Below are positions 8,509 through 19,336 of a stretch of 34,488 nucleotides of DNA, one piece after another. The stretch's first letter is position 1, and each line of letters begins with the position of its first letter. A model generated the notes under the pieces. That model worked only from the letters and a program-made list of their open reading frames with translations. It made no database searches and had not been told where the DNA came from. The DNA comes from an uncultured Deinococcales bacterium (lineage in GTDB: Bacteria; Deinococcota; Deinococci; Deinococcales; JAAFIG01), in NCBI GenBank assembly GCA_964247135.1, contig CAXTTL010000021.1, positions 1 to 34,488 of the forward strand, written 5' to 3'. The position numbers and the translations under genes were made by a program.

Positions 8509-10446
8509 ATGAAGCCCGTTTCCAAAGTCGTGGTGGTCATCAACGACCCCAGTGTGCTCGAGTTGTTCGTTCAAGGTTTTAACCACGCCGCGCAAAGCCT
8601 CGAGAATCCGTTCGGGCTTGTGTTCGTCGGGGCTTCGAGCACAAGTCAAGCGCTGGCGTTCCTCGAGTCTGACGGCGATCTGCAATGCGTGATCTTGGAT
8701 GACAAACTGCTCGAGGCTGGCGGGTCGCTGGCGTTGATTGCCAAAATTGGCGATGACCGCCCAGAGTTGGACGTGTTCGTGCTTATCAGCAAAGAGCGCG
8801 AAGATGAAGTCATCAAAGCCCTGTTCGACGAAGCCGTGAGCGGTTATTTTTACCGCGAAGAACAAGATTACCGTGGCATTTACCGTATCGTCAGCGCCCA
8901 AATTGGCGAGCGTTTTGAAACCCCGTTTTATGACGCCCTCAAACGTTACGTGCTCAAAGCCATCGATTCCTGGCATACCCCAGGTCACTCGAGCGGCGAC
9001 AGTTTACGCAGCAGTCCGTGGGCGAACGATTTTTACGAGTTTATGGGCGAACACGCCTTTGATGCCGACCTCAGCGTGAGCGTCAAAAGCCTGGACAGCC
9101 TACTCGAGCCGACGGGCGTAATCCTCGAGGCGCAACAGAAGGCGGCGCGGGCGTTTGGGGCGAAGAAAACTTTTTTTGCCACCAACGGCACGAGCACCGC
9201 CAACAAAGTGATTTTTCAAAGCATTCTCGCGCCAGGGGACAAATTATTGCTGGATCGAAACTGTCACAAAAGCGTCCATCACGGCGTGGTGCTTTCGGGC
9301 GCAAACCCCATTTACCTCGACTCGAGCATCAATTCGCGTTACGGCATGTTCGGACCGATCCCGAGAAAAACCTTGCTCGAGGCTATTCAAAACCATCCCG
9401 ATGCGGAGGCGCTGATTCTGACCAGTTGTACCTACGACGGCTTGCGTTACGATTTGCACCCGATTATTGAGGCGGCACACGCCAGCAACATCAAAGTCAT
9501 CGTGGACGAAGCCTGGTACGGTTTCGCACGATTCCACCCCGCTTTCAGACCCACCGCGCTCGAGGCTGGGGCGGATTACGCCACGCAAAGCACCCACAAA
9601 ACCCTGTCTGCACTCTCGCAAGCCGCCATGATTCACGTTGCAGACCCAGATTTTGACGAGCATCAATTCCGCGAGAATTTCAACATGCACACCAGCACCA
9701 GCCCGCAATACACCATGCTCGCCAGTCTCGACGTTGGGCGGATGCAAGCCGAACTCGAGGGTTTTAAAATGCTCTGCAACGTGCTCGAGTACGCCAAAGA
9801 ATTGCGCGAGGACATCAACGGCACAGGCGTTTTTCGGGTGCTCGAGTTACAGGATTTGCTGCCAGAAATTGTTCTCGAGGACGGGATTCGGCTCGACCCG
9901 ACCAAAATCACGGTGGACATTTCGCAGGGCGGGTACACCGTCGAAGAACTGCAAGAACTGCTGTTTGAGCGGTACAACATTCAAGTCGAAAAAAGCACCT
10001 TCAACACCATCACGTTGCTCCTGACCATCGGCACAACGAAAAGCAAATGCTCGAGGTTGTTCGATGCCCTGGCGCGAATTGCCCGCGAAAAACGCACTCC
10101 AAAACGCGCCATCTCGAGTCCTGAAATTCCGCAATTCACCAGCCTGAAATTTCTGCCTCGAGATGCGTTTTACGTTGAGGGTGAACTCGTGCCGCTCCTT
10201 GACGACTTTGACCATGTGAACGCCAGCTTGCAAAACCGAGTCAGCGCCGACCAGATCGTGCCGTACCCACCAGGCATTCCGGTGCTCGTGCCAGGGCAAG
10301 TCGTGACGCTCGAGATTGCGCAGTATTTGGCGCGGATGCTGCGCTTGCAAAAACGCATTGAATTGCACGGCGTGGTGTTTGACGGGTACGTGCCGTGTTT
10401 GCGGGTGGTGAAGCTCGAGGAGGAAAGGGTTTTGAAGGGGTTGTGA
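8509..10446 (+). CDS. PLP-dependent Orn/Lys/Arg decarboxylase with N-terminal receiver-like (wing) domain
   Basis: Motifs HTPGH, NGTSTANK, DRNCHKS, DEAW, PLP lysine in QSTHK, TSTSP and PYPPGIP. Substrate cannot be assigned. Confidence 0.93.
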   Translation: MKPVSKVVVVINDPSVLELFVQGFNHAAQSLENPFGLVFVGASSTSQALAFLESDGDLQCVILDDKLLEAGGSLALIAKIGDDRPELDVFVLISKEREDEVIKALFDEAVSGYFYREEQDYRGIYRIVSAQIGERFETPFYDALKRYVLKAIDSWHTPGHSSGDSLRSSPWANDFYEFMGEHAFDADLSVSVKSLDSLLEPTGVILEAQQKAARAFGAKKTFFATNGTSTANKVIFQSILAPGDKLLLDRNCHKSVHHGVVLSGANPIYLDSSINSRYGMFGPIPRKTLLEAIQNHPDAEALILTSCTYDGLRYDLHPIIEAAHASNIKVIVDEAWYGFARFHPAFRPTALEAGADYATQSTHKTLSALSQAAMIHVADPDFDEHQFRENFNMHTSTSPQYTMLASLDVGRMQAELEGFKMLCNVLEYAKELREDINGTGVFRVLELQDLLPEIVLEDGIRLDPTKITVDISQGGYTVEELQELLFERYNIQVEKSTFNTITLLLTIGTTKSKCSRLFDALARIAREKRTPKRAISSPEIPQFTSLKFLPRDAFYVEGELVPLLDDFDHVNASLQNRVSADQIVPYPPGIPVLVPGQVVTLEIAQYLARMLRLQKRIELHGVVFDGYVPCLRVVKLEEERVLKGL

Positions 10447-10473
10447 AGAGGTTTGGAAGCTCGAGAAAAGGAT

Positions 10474-10692
10474 ATGACCATGATCCCCCAACGAGACATC
10501 AAATCCTTATCCACGGACGAGATCACTAATTATTTGTGTGAAGCTGGGTTTGGCGGCTACCTCACAAAACCCGAATACCTCGAGATCATGGCAGAACTCG
10601 AGGCTCGAGCCGTGCAACCAGAGGTGCTTGCGGATTTAGCTACGTTTGGCAAGCCCGAATGGTACAAGCACAAATTTCAATTTGGTTTGTAA
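10474..10692 (+). CDS. Small hypothetical protein (72 aa)
   Basis: AAGGA RBS before ATG 10474, directly downstream of the decarboxylase; protein-like composition. Confidence 0.6.
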   Translation: MTMIPQRDIKSLSTDEITNYLCEAGFGGYLTKPEYLEIMAELEARAVQPEVLADLATFGKPEWYKHKFQFGL

Positions 10693-10991
10693 TTGTGCCA
10701 AATCTCGAGAATCGCAGCATTCACCGCGTTATGCTCGAGAAAATCTTTTTGGTACTGGCTTGGCACGTGTTCTGTGTTTGTTTTCAAAACCCAGTTCACC
10801 AAGCTTTCCAAGTGCTGTTTCGCTTCAGGTTCCTCGAGCGTCACTAAAATTCTGGCGTGCGTCCACCAAGTTTCGGCGCAGTAAAAGTTGGTGCAATCGT
10901 AGGTTTTTGGAAGTTCAAACGCTTGGCTGCCGTGGTCAAACGCAAGACTCGAGCCATCAAAAAGCCGGAAGGGAAAATCCCTTCCAGCCAA
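10677..10991 (-). CDS. Hypothetical protein or gene fragment
   Basis: 104-aa ORF with TTG start filling the gap downstream of mdh; no family recognised. Confidence 0.4.
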   Translation of the reverse strand: MAGRDFPFRLFDGSSLAFDHGSQAFELPKTYDCTNFYCAETWWTHARILVTLEEPEAKQHLESLVNWVLKTNTEHVPSQYQKDFLEHNAVNAAILEIWHNYKPN

Positions 10992-11007
10992 GTGTCGCTC
11001 GAGCTTT

Positions 11008-11994
11008 TTAAATCAAGCCAAGTGCTTTGACCGCATCGCGCTCTTCAATCAATTCGGCTGCCGTGGCATCCATTTTGGCGCGGCTGAAGGCATCAATCGC
11101 CAGTCCTTGCACGATGCTGTACCCACCGTTTTTACAGGTCACTGGAAAGCTGTACATCAAACCTTCGGGAATTCCGTAACTGCCGTCGCTGGCAATGCCC
11201 ATGCTGACCCAGTCACCGTCTTTGGTCCCCAATGCCCAATCGCGCATGTGGTCGATGGCGGCGTTCGCGGCACTGGCGGCACTCGAGAGTCCTCGAGCCT
11301 CAATAATCGCTGCGCCGCGTTTGGCAACGGTTGGAATAAACGTTCCCTCGAGCCAAGCTTGATCGTTGATGGTGGCGGCAGCGCTCACGCCCTCAACTTC
11401 GGCGTGGAACAAATCTGGGTATTGGGTGCTCGAATGGTTGCCCCAGATCGTCATTTTGGACAGGCTCGAGACTGGTTTGCCCGTTTTGGCTGCCAGTTGC
11501 GAAAGGGCGCGGTTGTGATCCAGGCGCGTCATGGCACTAAATTGCTTGTTGTTCAGTTTCGGTGCGTTGTTCATGGCAATTAAAGCATTGGTGTTCGCGG
11601 GGTTACCAACGACCAGCACTTTGACATCTCGAGCCGCGTGCTCTGACAGCGCTTGCCCTTGAGGTTGGAAAATTCCGCCGTTCGCCGCCAGCAAATCGCC
11701 GCGTTCCATGCCTTGCTTGCGCGGCATCGAACCGACCAGCAAGGCGTAATTCACGTCTTTAAACGCCACATTGGCATCGTCGGTTTGCAACACGCCAGCC
11801 AGCAGCGGAAACGCGCAGTCTTCAAGCTCCATGACCACACCGTTTAAGGCTTTTAAAGCGGGCGTAATCTCGAGCAAGTGCAGAATCACGGGTTGATCCG
11901 CGCCGAGCATGGCTCCGCTGGCAATGCGAAACAACAAACTGTAGCCAATTTGACCGGCGGCGCCAGTCACAGCAACACGAACGGGGGTTTTCAT
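11008..11994 (-). CDS. mdh: Malate dehydrogenase
   Basis: [48 protein letters not shown] and [20 protein letters not shown] before ATG 11994. Confidence 0.97.
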   Translation of the reverse strand: MKTPVRVAVTGAAGQIGYSLLFRIASGAMLGADQPVILHLLEITPALKALNGVVMELEDCAFPLLAGVLQTDDANVAFKDVNYALLVGSMPRKQGMERGDLLAANGGIFQPQGQALSEHAARDVKVLVVGNPANTNALIAMNNAPKLNNKQFSAMTRLDHNRALSQLAAKTGKPVSSLSKMTIWGNHSSTQYPDLFHAEVEGVSAAATINDQAWLEGTFIPTVAKRGAAIIEARGLSSAASAANAAIDHMRDWALGTKDGDWVSMGIASDGSYGIPEGLMYSFPVTCKNGGYSIVQGLAIDAFSRAKMDATAAELIEERDAVKALGLI

Positions 11995-12112
11995 GAATCC
12001 TCCAATAACAACTCGGGCACTGTCTGCGCTCGAGATCATGTCAAACCCAGCCATGATAGTCCTGCATGACTGGGCTGGACAAGCGTTCGGAGTTTTGTGT
12101 CTTTGAAATTTC

Positions 12113-12138
12113 GTAGGGGCGCTGCTTGCTGCGCCCCT
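12113..12138 (+). repeat. GTAG-type REP-like hairpin
   Basis: GTAGGGGCGCTGCTTGCTGCGCCCCT: a GTAG tetranucleotide leading into an 8-bp GC stem (AGGGGCGC/GCGCCCCT), in the intergenic region. Confidence 0.6.
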
Positions 12139-12197
12139 GCATACAACGATTTCTGAGGTTTAAGCCAAATGTCTCGAGGTTTTTGTTACGACCCGAG

Positions 12198-13177
<980 letters not shown>

Positions 13178-13181
<4 letters not shown>

Positions 13182-13594
13182 ACCGAACCTCCAACGCCTC
13201 TCGAGTTTGATCTCGAGTCTGGGATGATTTGATCGTGTTTGCGGTAAATTTTGATTTTGTTCTCAATCGCCTCTAAATTGGTTTGCAACTCGAGAATCCT
13301 TTGACGCACGGTTTTTTGATGCTGCTCGAGTAATTTCAAGCGCTCACCAATGGCGCTGTCACCTTGCGCTAAAAGTTCGGCAAAACGTTTCATGCCCTGA
13401 ATCGGCATTCCAGTATCGCGCAGGCGCAACAAAATGTTCACCGCCCCAAGATCACGCTCGGAATACCGTCGTTGTCCGTTGGCATCTCGAGCGATGGGTG
13501 GCAGCAAACCGATGCGTTCGTAATAACGCAAGGTGTGCACGCTGACGTTGCTGTGGGTTGCGGCTTCTAAAATGCTGAGGGTCGGAGCGCTCAC
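13178..13594 (-). CDS. MerR-family regulator (AdhR/NmlR-like)
   Basis: [12 protein letters not shown]...[11 protein letters not shown]...[12 protein letters not shown]-coupled to the reductase; likely leaderless GTG start at 13594. Confidence 0.92.
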
Positions 13595-13601
13595 AAGGGG
13601 A

Positions 13602-13632
13602 AGCTTAAACCTTCGAGTGCGCTCGAAGTCAA
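13602..13632 (-). promoter_or_regulatory. MerR-type promoter with 19-bp spacer and dyad operator
   Basis: Minus strand TTGACT-19 bp-TAAGCT, with inverted repeat CTTCGAG-N4-CTCGAAG (13611-13628) across the spacer; the -10 box lies 7 nt before GTG. Confidence 0.85.
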
Positions 13633-13711
13633 ATTGAAAATAATAATCTCGAGATGTCCCGGCAATTTTTGCGAACAACGATTCACATCTGCGGTGCTCG
13701 ATAATCGGGTC

Positions 13712-15301
13712 ATGCCTACTCGAGCGTTTCCGGTGATGGTCTTGATCGTGCTTTTTTCAGTGGTCTTGGCAGATGCTCGTCCTGACCCAAACCCCGCCGG
13801 ACAGACCTTGATGCCGGAAGGCAGCACCAAGGTTCAGATGTTGCACGAAACCATCAAACTCGAGGTAAAAGCCACCGGCTCAAGCCATCTTTCGCCAGAT
13901 GTGGCGTTGGTCACGGGTGATTTTGTTTTTAAGAATCAAGGCAAAAAGGACGAGCTGATGCAAGTTTTATTTCCCAGCGCCTCTGAAAGATCGCGTTTTT
14001 ATGTCGGGCGTCAATTTCGGGTCTGGCTGGACGGCAAAGAAATTCCCAGCAAAGAAATCAAAAAATCTGAAACAGACGGCGTGATGTACACCTGGCGAGC
14101 CTTCACGGCGCGTTTTGGGCTGGGTCGTGAGGTGAAGGTTCGGGTCAAGTATTTGACCGATTCGCTCAATTTTGACTTTGATGCTCGAGGTTCTGTGCCA
14201 CCTTCAGCCGTGAACGATTTTATGTACACGTTCGCCACAGGCGCGGCTTGGTTTGGCAAGATTGGCGCGGTTGATTTGATCGTGAAATTGCCCTACGCAG
14301 CCTCGAGCGAAAACCTGTTGGTCAATGCTGAAACTGTCTTTGATCAAAAAGCGCCCGTTCGTTACCAAGGCAATGAAGCCCATTGGCATTGGAACAACGT
14401 CGAACCAAGCTCGGGCAGCGACCTCGAGTTTGAAACGCCCGCAGTGTGGTTGTGGAAAGCCATTTTGGAAACAGAGCAACGTCTACGGGTTGCGCCCAAA
14501 GATTTGACCGCCAACCAGACCCTGATTCAACTCTGGGCTGAATGGTACATCACCCGCAATAACAGTTTTGGGGAAAGCGACTTGAATGGCTTGTTAAAAA
14601 CTTGTCGGCAAGCATTTGCACGCTTGCCGACGGCGCTTGGCTTACGTTTTTTGTGCGTAAAACTCTTGCCTGGCTTGTACGGAAAACACGAGGCAGGTTA
14701 CGAAGGTGATGAGGTCACCATTGAGATTTTAAAACTCCTCGAGGAAATCAACCGACTTGACCCTTACAACCGAGACGCCGAGGAAATTTACGCCCACATG
14801 GACAAATTGGGTTACGAAGCTTCAGGAGGAACGGGTTGGTCTTGGGTGACACTGCCCGCCAGCAGCCCTCGAGCGGGTTCGGCTGGGGCTAACCCAAAGC
14901 TGAGCGCCCAACAAACCATTGCGACCCTGGCTCAAAGTGCCACATTACGCTCGAGCGATACCAAAGCCTGCATTGCAATGCTCGGCAAACTGAAACCAGA
15001 GCCAAGTTTTGAGTACGTGTTTCAACCAGAACAAGCCTATGCGTTCACCGCGCCAAATGCGCCCGCCAAGACTGTCAAAGCCAGCCTCGAGCGTGCCTTA
15101 GCTCAATTTGGGCGCAGTTGGATCAGTCCGCTTTGGGGAACGGACAGTTGGTTTCCAATTGATGGCAATGACGAATGGGCAATGTCGGTGCGATTTTTTG
15201 CCAACCTCGACGGCTCGAGACGGTACGCCGTAGCCGTTCGGATCAATCCCGAGCGCGAACGCACCGTATGCTTTCTCACGTATCTGCGAAGGAAGCCCTG
15301 A
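13712..15301 (+). CDS. Secreted DUF4424-like protein with additional C-terminal domains
   Basis: Signal peptide; VQMLHETIKLEV..FVFKN..VLFP..FRVWLDG..YTFATGAAWFGKIG..DLIV pattern; start ATG 13712 preferred. Confidence 0.7.
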   Translation: MPTRAFPVMVLIVLFSVVLADARPDPNPAGQTLMPEGSTKVQMLHETIKLEVKATGSSHLSPDVALVTGDFVFKNQGKKDELMQVLFPSASERSRFYVGRQFRVWLDGKEIPSKEIKKSETDGVMYTWRAFTARFGLGREVKVRVKYLTDSLNFDFDARGSVPPSAVNDFMYTFATGAAWFGKIGAVDLIVKLPYAASSENLLVNAETVFDQKAPVRYQGNEAHWHWNNVEPSSGSDLEFETPAVWLWKAILETEQRLRVAPKDLTANQTLIQLWAEWYITRNNSFGESDLNGLLKTCRQAFARLPTALGLRFLCVKLLPGLYGKHEAGYEGDEVTIEILKLLEEINRLDPYNRDAEEIYAHMDKLGYEASGGTGWSWVTLPASSPRAGSAGANPKLSAQQTIATLAQSATLRSSDTKACIAMLGKLKPEPSFEYVFQPEQAYAFTAPNAPAKTVKASLERALAQFGRSWISPLWGTDSWFPIDGNDEWAMSVRFFANLDGSRRYAVAVRINPERERTVCFLTYLRRKP

Positions 15302-15304
15302 TCT

Positions 15305-17539
15305 TCAATGCTCGAGACTGACTTTTGGCATCAAACGCTTCAACCCGCTCGGCAACCACCAGTTCCATTCACCCGCCAGTTGCAGCACGGCTGGCACCAG
15401 AATCAAGCGTACCAAACTCGCGTCGAGCGCCACGGCGACCGCCAAGCCCAAACCGATGGTTTTGTTGGCGACCACATCGCCTTGAATAAACGCCGAAAAC
15501 ACCACCAGCATGATCAGTGCGGCGCTGGTAATCACGCCAGCGGTTCGCTCGAGGGCACTTTTCACGCTGTCGGTGGTGTTCATGCCGCTTAAATGCGCCT
15601 CTTGGACCCTCGAGAGCAAAAAGATTTCGTAATCCATGCTGAGTCCAAAGGTCACGGCGAACATCACGAGTGGCAGGCTCGAGTCGATGGCGCCAACGTC
15701 GGTGGGGATGTTGAAGAAGTTGGCGAGCAAACCTTTTTGAAAAACCAGTGTGATGATGCCGTAACTTGCGCCGACGGTCAGGGTGTTCATGATGATGCTT
15801 TTTAAGGGAATCAAGAGGCTGCGGAACGCCAGCGCCATCAAAATAAACGTGGCGATAAAAACCGTGCCGATGGAGATTGGCATGGCGCTGATCAGGGCAT
15901 TGGTGAACTCTTGCGCCCCCACGGGCGAGCCGCCGAGGTAGTGCTTTTCAAACCCAGCATTGGCAATTGCAGCGCGAATGCGGACAATCCAACCTGGAAT
16001 TTCGGCGGGATGAACCGCATTTTTCGGGATCACGCTCATGTGCAAGTATTGCCTGTCACTCGAGATGCTGCGTTTGGTCAGGGTATCGAGCGCCCCAAAA
16101 CCGTTGCCGCTGCCAGAACTCGAGTTTGAACGCCCAACCAAAAACGGCGAGATCACCACGCGCACGTCGGGCATGGCAACTAGGGCTTTGTCGAGGGTTC
16201 GCCAGTTGCGTCTGGCGGTGCTGTCAAAACCACCTGGTTTGCCCAGGTCGAGCACAATTTCAAACGAGTCCATCGCGCCGCCAAGCTCGAGCGGTTGAAT
16301 CAGCGCCAGCCCTTTGCGGGATTCGACGTGGCTCGAGAGTCCGAACGCGCCAGTGTAGCCGAGCTGCATTTGCAAGGCTGGAGAACCGAGCAGCAGGAGA
16401 AAACCGATAATCAAAAGGCTCGAGAGCCAGGGACGTTGCATGACCCTGCCCGCCCAGGCGTGCCAGAAGCCGTTGCTTTGATTGCTCGAGGTGAATTTGA
16501 ATTGGAGTTTGCGTGGGCTGTTGACACGTTCGCCCAAGAGCGCCAGCATTGCGGGGACGGCGGTGATGCTCGAGAGGACGGTTAAAATCACAACGATCAC
16601 ACCTGCCACGCCCATGCTGCGAACGAACAGCAAATCGGGAACGAGCAGTGCCGCCATGGCAATGGCAACGGTCAAGCCCGAGAACGCCACGGCTCGTCCG
16701 GCGGTGCGACTGGTGTTGGCGGCGGCTTGGCGCGGGTCTCGTCCGTTTGCCAGCTCCTCGCGGAAGCGGTTGACCAGCAACAGCGCGTAATCGATGCCGG
16801 CGCCCAAGCCCAGCATGGTCACCACACTTTGCGCGAAACTCGAGACATCAAAAAATTGCGTGACCACAAAAACGGCTGCCATCGCAATCGTTATGGACAC
16901 CATGCCGACCACGAGTGGAATGCCTGCCGCGACCAGGGCGCCGAATGCCAGCACCAGAATGATGGCGATCAGTGGTAATGCCGAGAACTCGCTGCGTTTG
17001 GTGTCCGATTCGCTCAAGTTTAAAAAATCTTGGGTCACGGCGGTTGCGCCGGTCACGTAAAATTTGGTGTCTGGAATCTGGCTGGTTTTAACAAGGTCTC
17101 GGATGCTGGCAAGCACGGGTTCAGGTTTTTTGAGGCGCGTCTCGAGGATGGTCGCGGTGATGGTCTTGCCATCAAATTCGTTGTCTTTGCTGCGAAGTTT
17201 TAAGGGGCTGTCATCGTAATATCGCGTGACGCTCGAGACGCCATCCAGTTTGCCCAGTTCGGTTGTCAAGGTCTTGTACTGGCTTTTGAAATTTGCATCG
17301 TCGCTCGAGAGGCTGCTTTGGGAGACCAAAATGGTGCGGTCAATTTGCTTTTGATCGAATTTGGTTTCAAAGAGTTTGTTGACCGTTTGCGCCTCGCTGT
17401 TTTTGGTGGCGCTGGCGCTGCCGACCAATCGTTTTGGCGCGAGCGCGGCGAAGGGCGCGGAAACCAGCAAGAGCACAGCCCAAAAGATCAGTACCCAGGC
17501 GGGGCGTTTGGAGACCAGGTCGGCAATCAATTTGAACAT
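15305..17539 (-). CDS. MMPL family (RND) transporter
   Basis: GLGAGIDYALLLVNRFREE, TAGRAVAFSG, FGLSMDYEIFLLSR and VITSAALIM motifs. Confidence 0.95.
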   Translation of the reverse strand: MFKLIADLVSKRPAWVLIFWAVLLLVSAPFAALAPKRLVGSASATKNSEAQTVNKLFETKFDQKQIDRTILVSQSSLSSDDANFKSQYKTLTTELGKLDGVSSVTRYYDDSPLKLRSKDNEFDGKTITATILETRLKKPEPVLASIRDLVKTSQIPDTKFYVTGATAVTQDFLNLSESDTKRSEFSALPLIAIILVLAFGALVAAGIPLVVGMVSITIAMAAVFVVTQFFDVSSFAQSVVTMLGLGAGIDYALLLVNRFREELANGRDPRQAAANTSRTAGRAVAFSGLTVAIAMAALLVPDLLFVRSMGVAGVIVVILTVLSSITAVPAMLALLGERVNSPRKLQFKFTSSNQSNGFWHAWAGRVMQRPWLSSLLIIGFLLLLGSPALQMQLGYTGAFGLSSHVESRKGLALIQPLELGGAMDSFEIVLDLGKPGGFDSTARRNWRTLDKALVAMPDVRVVISPFLVGRSNSSSGSGNGFGALDTLTKRSISSDRQYLHMSVIPKNAVHPAEIPGWIVRIRAAIANAGFEKHYLGGSPVGAQEFTNALISAMPISIGTVFIATFILMALAFRSLLIPLKSIIMNTLTVGASYGIITLVFQKGLLANFFNIPTDVGAIDSSLPLVMFAVTFGLSMDYEIFLLSRVQEAHLSGMNTTDSVKSALERTAGVITSAALIMLVVFSAFIQGDVVANKTIGLGLAVAVALDASLVRLILVPAVLQLAGEWNWWLPSGLKRLMPKVSLEH

Positions 17540-17636
17540 AGAGGACCTCGAGAGCGCCGATTCAGGAGACTCGAGCGCTGAGCTTTATCATAGCTTGTGC
17601 TTTTAATCGCAAGCGTGACAACTGACCCGAAAACCC

Positions 17637-17900
17637 TTAACGCATCTCGAGGTGATGGGCTTCTAACTGCGTCACAAATGCCAGCGCCTTGGCTCTGGCA
17701 ACGACCACGTTTTCAAGCTCTTGAGGCTCGAGCGTCACGCTGTAAACCTCGAGCGAATCGCCCAGTGCCACCGCCGCCACCTTGGAGCCGCAAATCTTGC
17801 CCAAACTGAGGGTCAAATCAAGTTCGGCTTGCGCTAGAACTTCAACAAAAGCTTTTACGCCGGCTGTGTCGGGCAGGTTTTTGGGAAGCTCGAGTTTCAT
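17637..17900 (-). CDS. Small hypothetical protein coupled to the FtsB-like gene
   Basis: 87 aa with ATGA overlap at 17897-17900. Confidence 0.6.
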   Translation of the reverse strand: MKLELPKNLPDTAGVKAFVEVLAQAELDLTLSLGKICGSKVAAVALGDSLEVYSVTLEPQELENVVVARAKALAFVTQLEAHHLEMR

Positions 17901-18256
17901 TTTGGTTTGGGGTTCAAGATCAGGTTTGGTTTGTTGGTCGGAATGATGACCAGCTCGCCCTTTTTGATGAATCCCAGATTTCTGGCGGCAAACTCGAGAT
18001 AGACTGGATCGGTTTTGGCTTCCTGAAAGCGCGTTTTTAAATCGTTGACTTCATTTTGCAATTTTTTCACGCGGGCTTGTTCGTTGCGAATGTTGGCATT
18101 GACCTCGAGTTGCCGAAATAAGGTCAAGCCCAGCAAGGCGCTAATTTGCAATACACCCAGGGCAATGACCAAGGTCAGGATTCCGTACAGAACGGTTTCC
18201 CGTGAAGGCAATTGAAATTTCTTGCTTCCCCGAATCACTTCTGAAGACCTTAGCAT
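17897..18256 (-). CDS. Septum formation initiator (FtsB/DivIC-like)
   Basis: One TM helix, a coiled coil, then DPVYLEFAARNLGFIKKGELVI, the DivIC/FtsB C-terminal signature. Start uncertain (18256 or 18277). Confidence 0.8.
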   Translation of the reverse strand: MLRSSEVIRGSKKFQLPSRETVLYGILTLVIALGVLQISALLGLTLFRQLEVNANIRNEQARVKKLQNEVNDLKTRFQEAKTDPVYLEFAARNLGFIKKGELVIIPTNKPNLILNPKPK

Positions 18257-18345
18257 AAAAATCGTTGTGTGTGACAACTTGCACGGTCAATGCCACATTA
18301 TATTATGTTAAAAACAAAACAAACCTCAATAATATGCTAAAAACC

Positions 18346-19281
18346 TCAAATATGGTGGCTCGAGGCTTCAATTACGGTGTCCTCGGCAAAAAGCGCGGTG
18401 CTCAAGTACCGTGCGCCGGTGTCACAGGCTATCGTCACCACGCGCTTGCCTGCGCCCAAGGTTTTTGCCACCTCGAGCGCGGTGTAAATCATGCCGCCGC
18501 CGCTCATGCCGACAAACAAACCCTCCTGTTTGGCAAGTTGCCGCGCAAACGGAAATGCGTCTTCCTCGAGCACGGTTTTGATCTCGTCGAGCAAGTCGAG
18601 CCTGAGGTTTTTGGGAATAAAACCGGGTCCCATGCCCTGAAAACCGTGCTCTCCCCTTTTCCCGCCTGAGAGCACATTGGAGCGCTCGGGTTCGACGGCA
18701 ATGACTTTGATCTTTGGGTCTTGCTCCTTCAAAAACTGTCCGACGCCGCTGATCGTGCCGCCCGTTCCCGAGCCGTAAACGAACGCATCAATCTGTCCGT
18801 GCATCTGCCGCCAGATTTCTGGTCCGGTGGTTTGGTAATGAATGCGTGGGTTGGCAGGATTCTCAAATTGGTTCGGCATCCACGCGCCCAAAGCGTCCCG
18901 AATGCGCTCGGCTTCCTCGATGGCGGCAAGCATCCGCCGCTCTGGGTCGGTCAATACCAATTCTGCGCCGTAAGCCCGCAGCGTGCGTTTGCGTTCCTCG
19001 GACATTTGCGCGGGCAGGGTCAAAATCAGTTTGTAACCCCTTGCCGCCGCCACTTGCGCCAAACCGATGCCCGTGTTGCCCGAGGTCGGTTCGACGATGG
19101 TGCCGCCAGGTTTGAGCACACCACGTTCTTCAGCATCAAGAATCATGCTGAGCGCCGTGCGGTCTTTGATGCTGCCACCAGGGTTTTGCCCCTCGAGCTT
19201 GACCCAGACCTCCGCCATGTCGCCGTTGGTGACACGCTCGAGTTTGAGGATTGGGGTGTTGCCGATGAACGCGTCGATCAT
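18346..19281 (-). CDS. cysK: Cysteine synthase A
   Basis: IGNTP, KLEGQNPGGSIKDR (PLP lysine), EPTSGNTGIGLA, GSGTGGT and DTGARYLST motifs. Confidence 0.95.
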   Translation of the reverse strand: MIDAFIGNTPILKLERVTNGDMAEVWVKLEGQNPGGSIKDRTALSMILDAEERGVLKPGGTIVEPTSGNTGIGLAQVAAARGYKLILTLPAQMSEERKRTLRAYGAELVLTDPERRMLAAIEEAERIRDALGAWMPNQFENPANPRIHYQTTGPEIWRQMHGQIDAFVYGSGTGGTISGVGQFLKEQDPKIKVIAVEPERSNVLSGGKRGEHGFQGMGPGFIPKNLRLDLLDEIKTVLEEDAFPFARQLAKQEGLFVGMSGGGMIYTALEVAKTLGAGKRVVTIACDTGARYLSTALFAEDTVIEASSHHI

Positions 19282-19336
19282 GTCTCGAGGTTAAGGCTCG
19301 AGATGGTTTCTTGATGTGTTGAGCGCAACTTGGATT

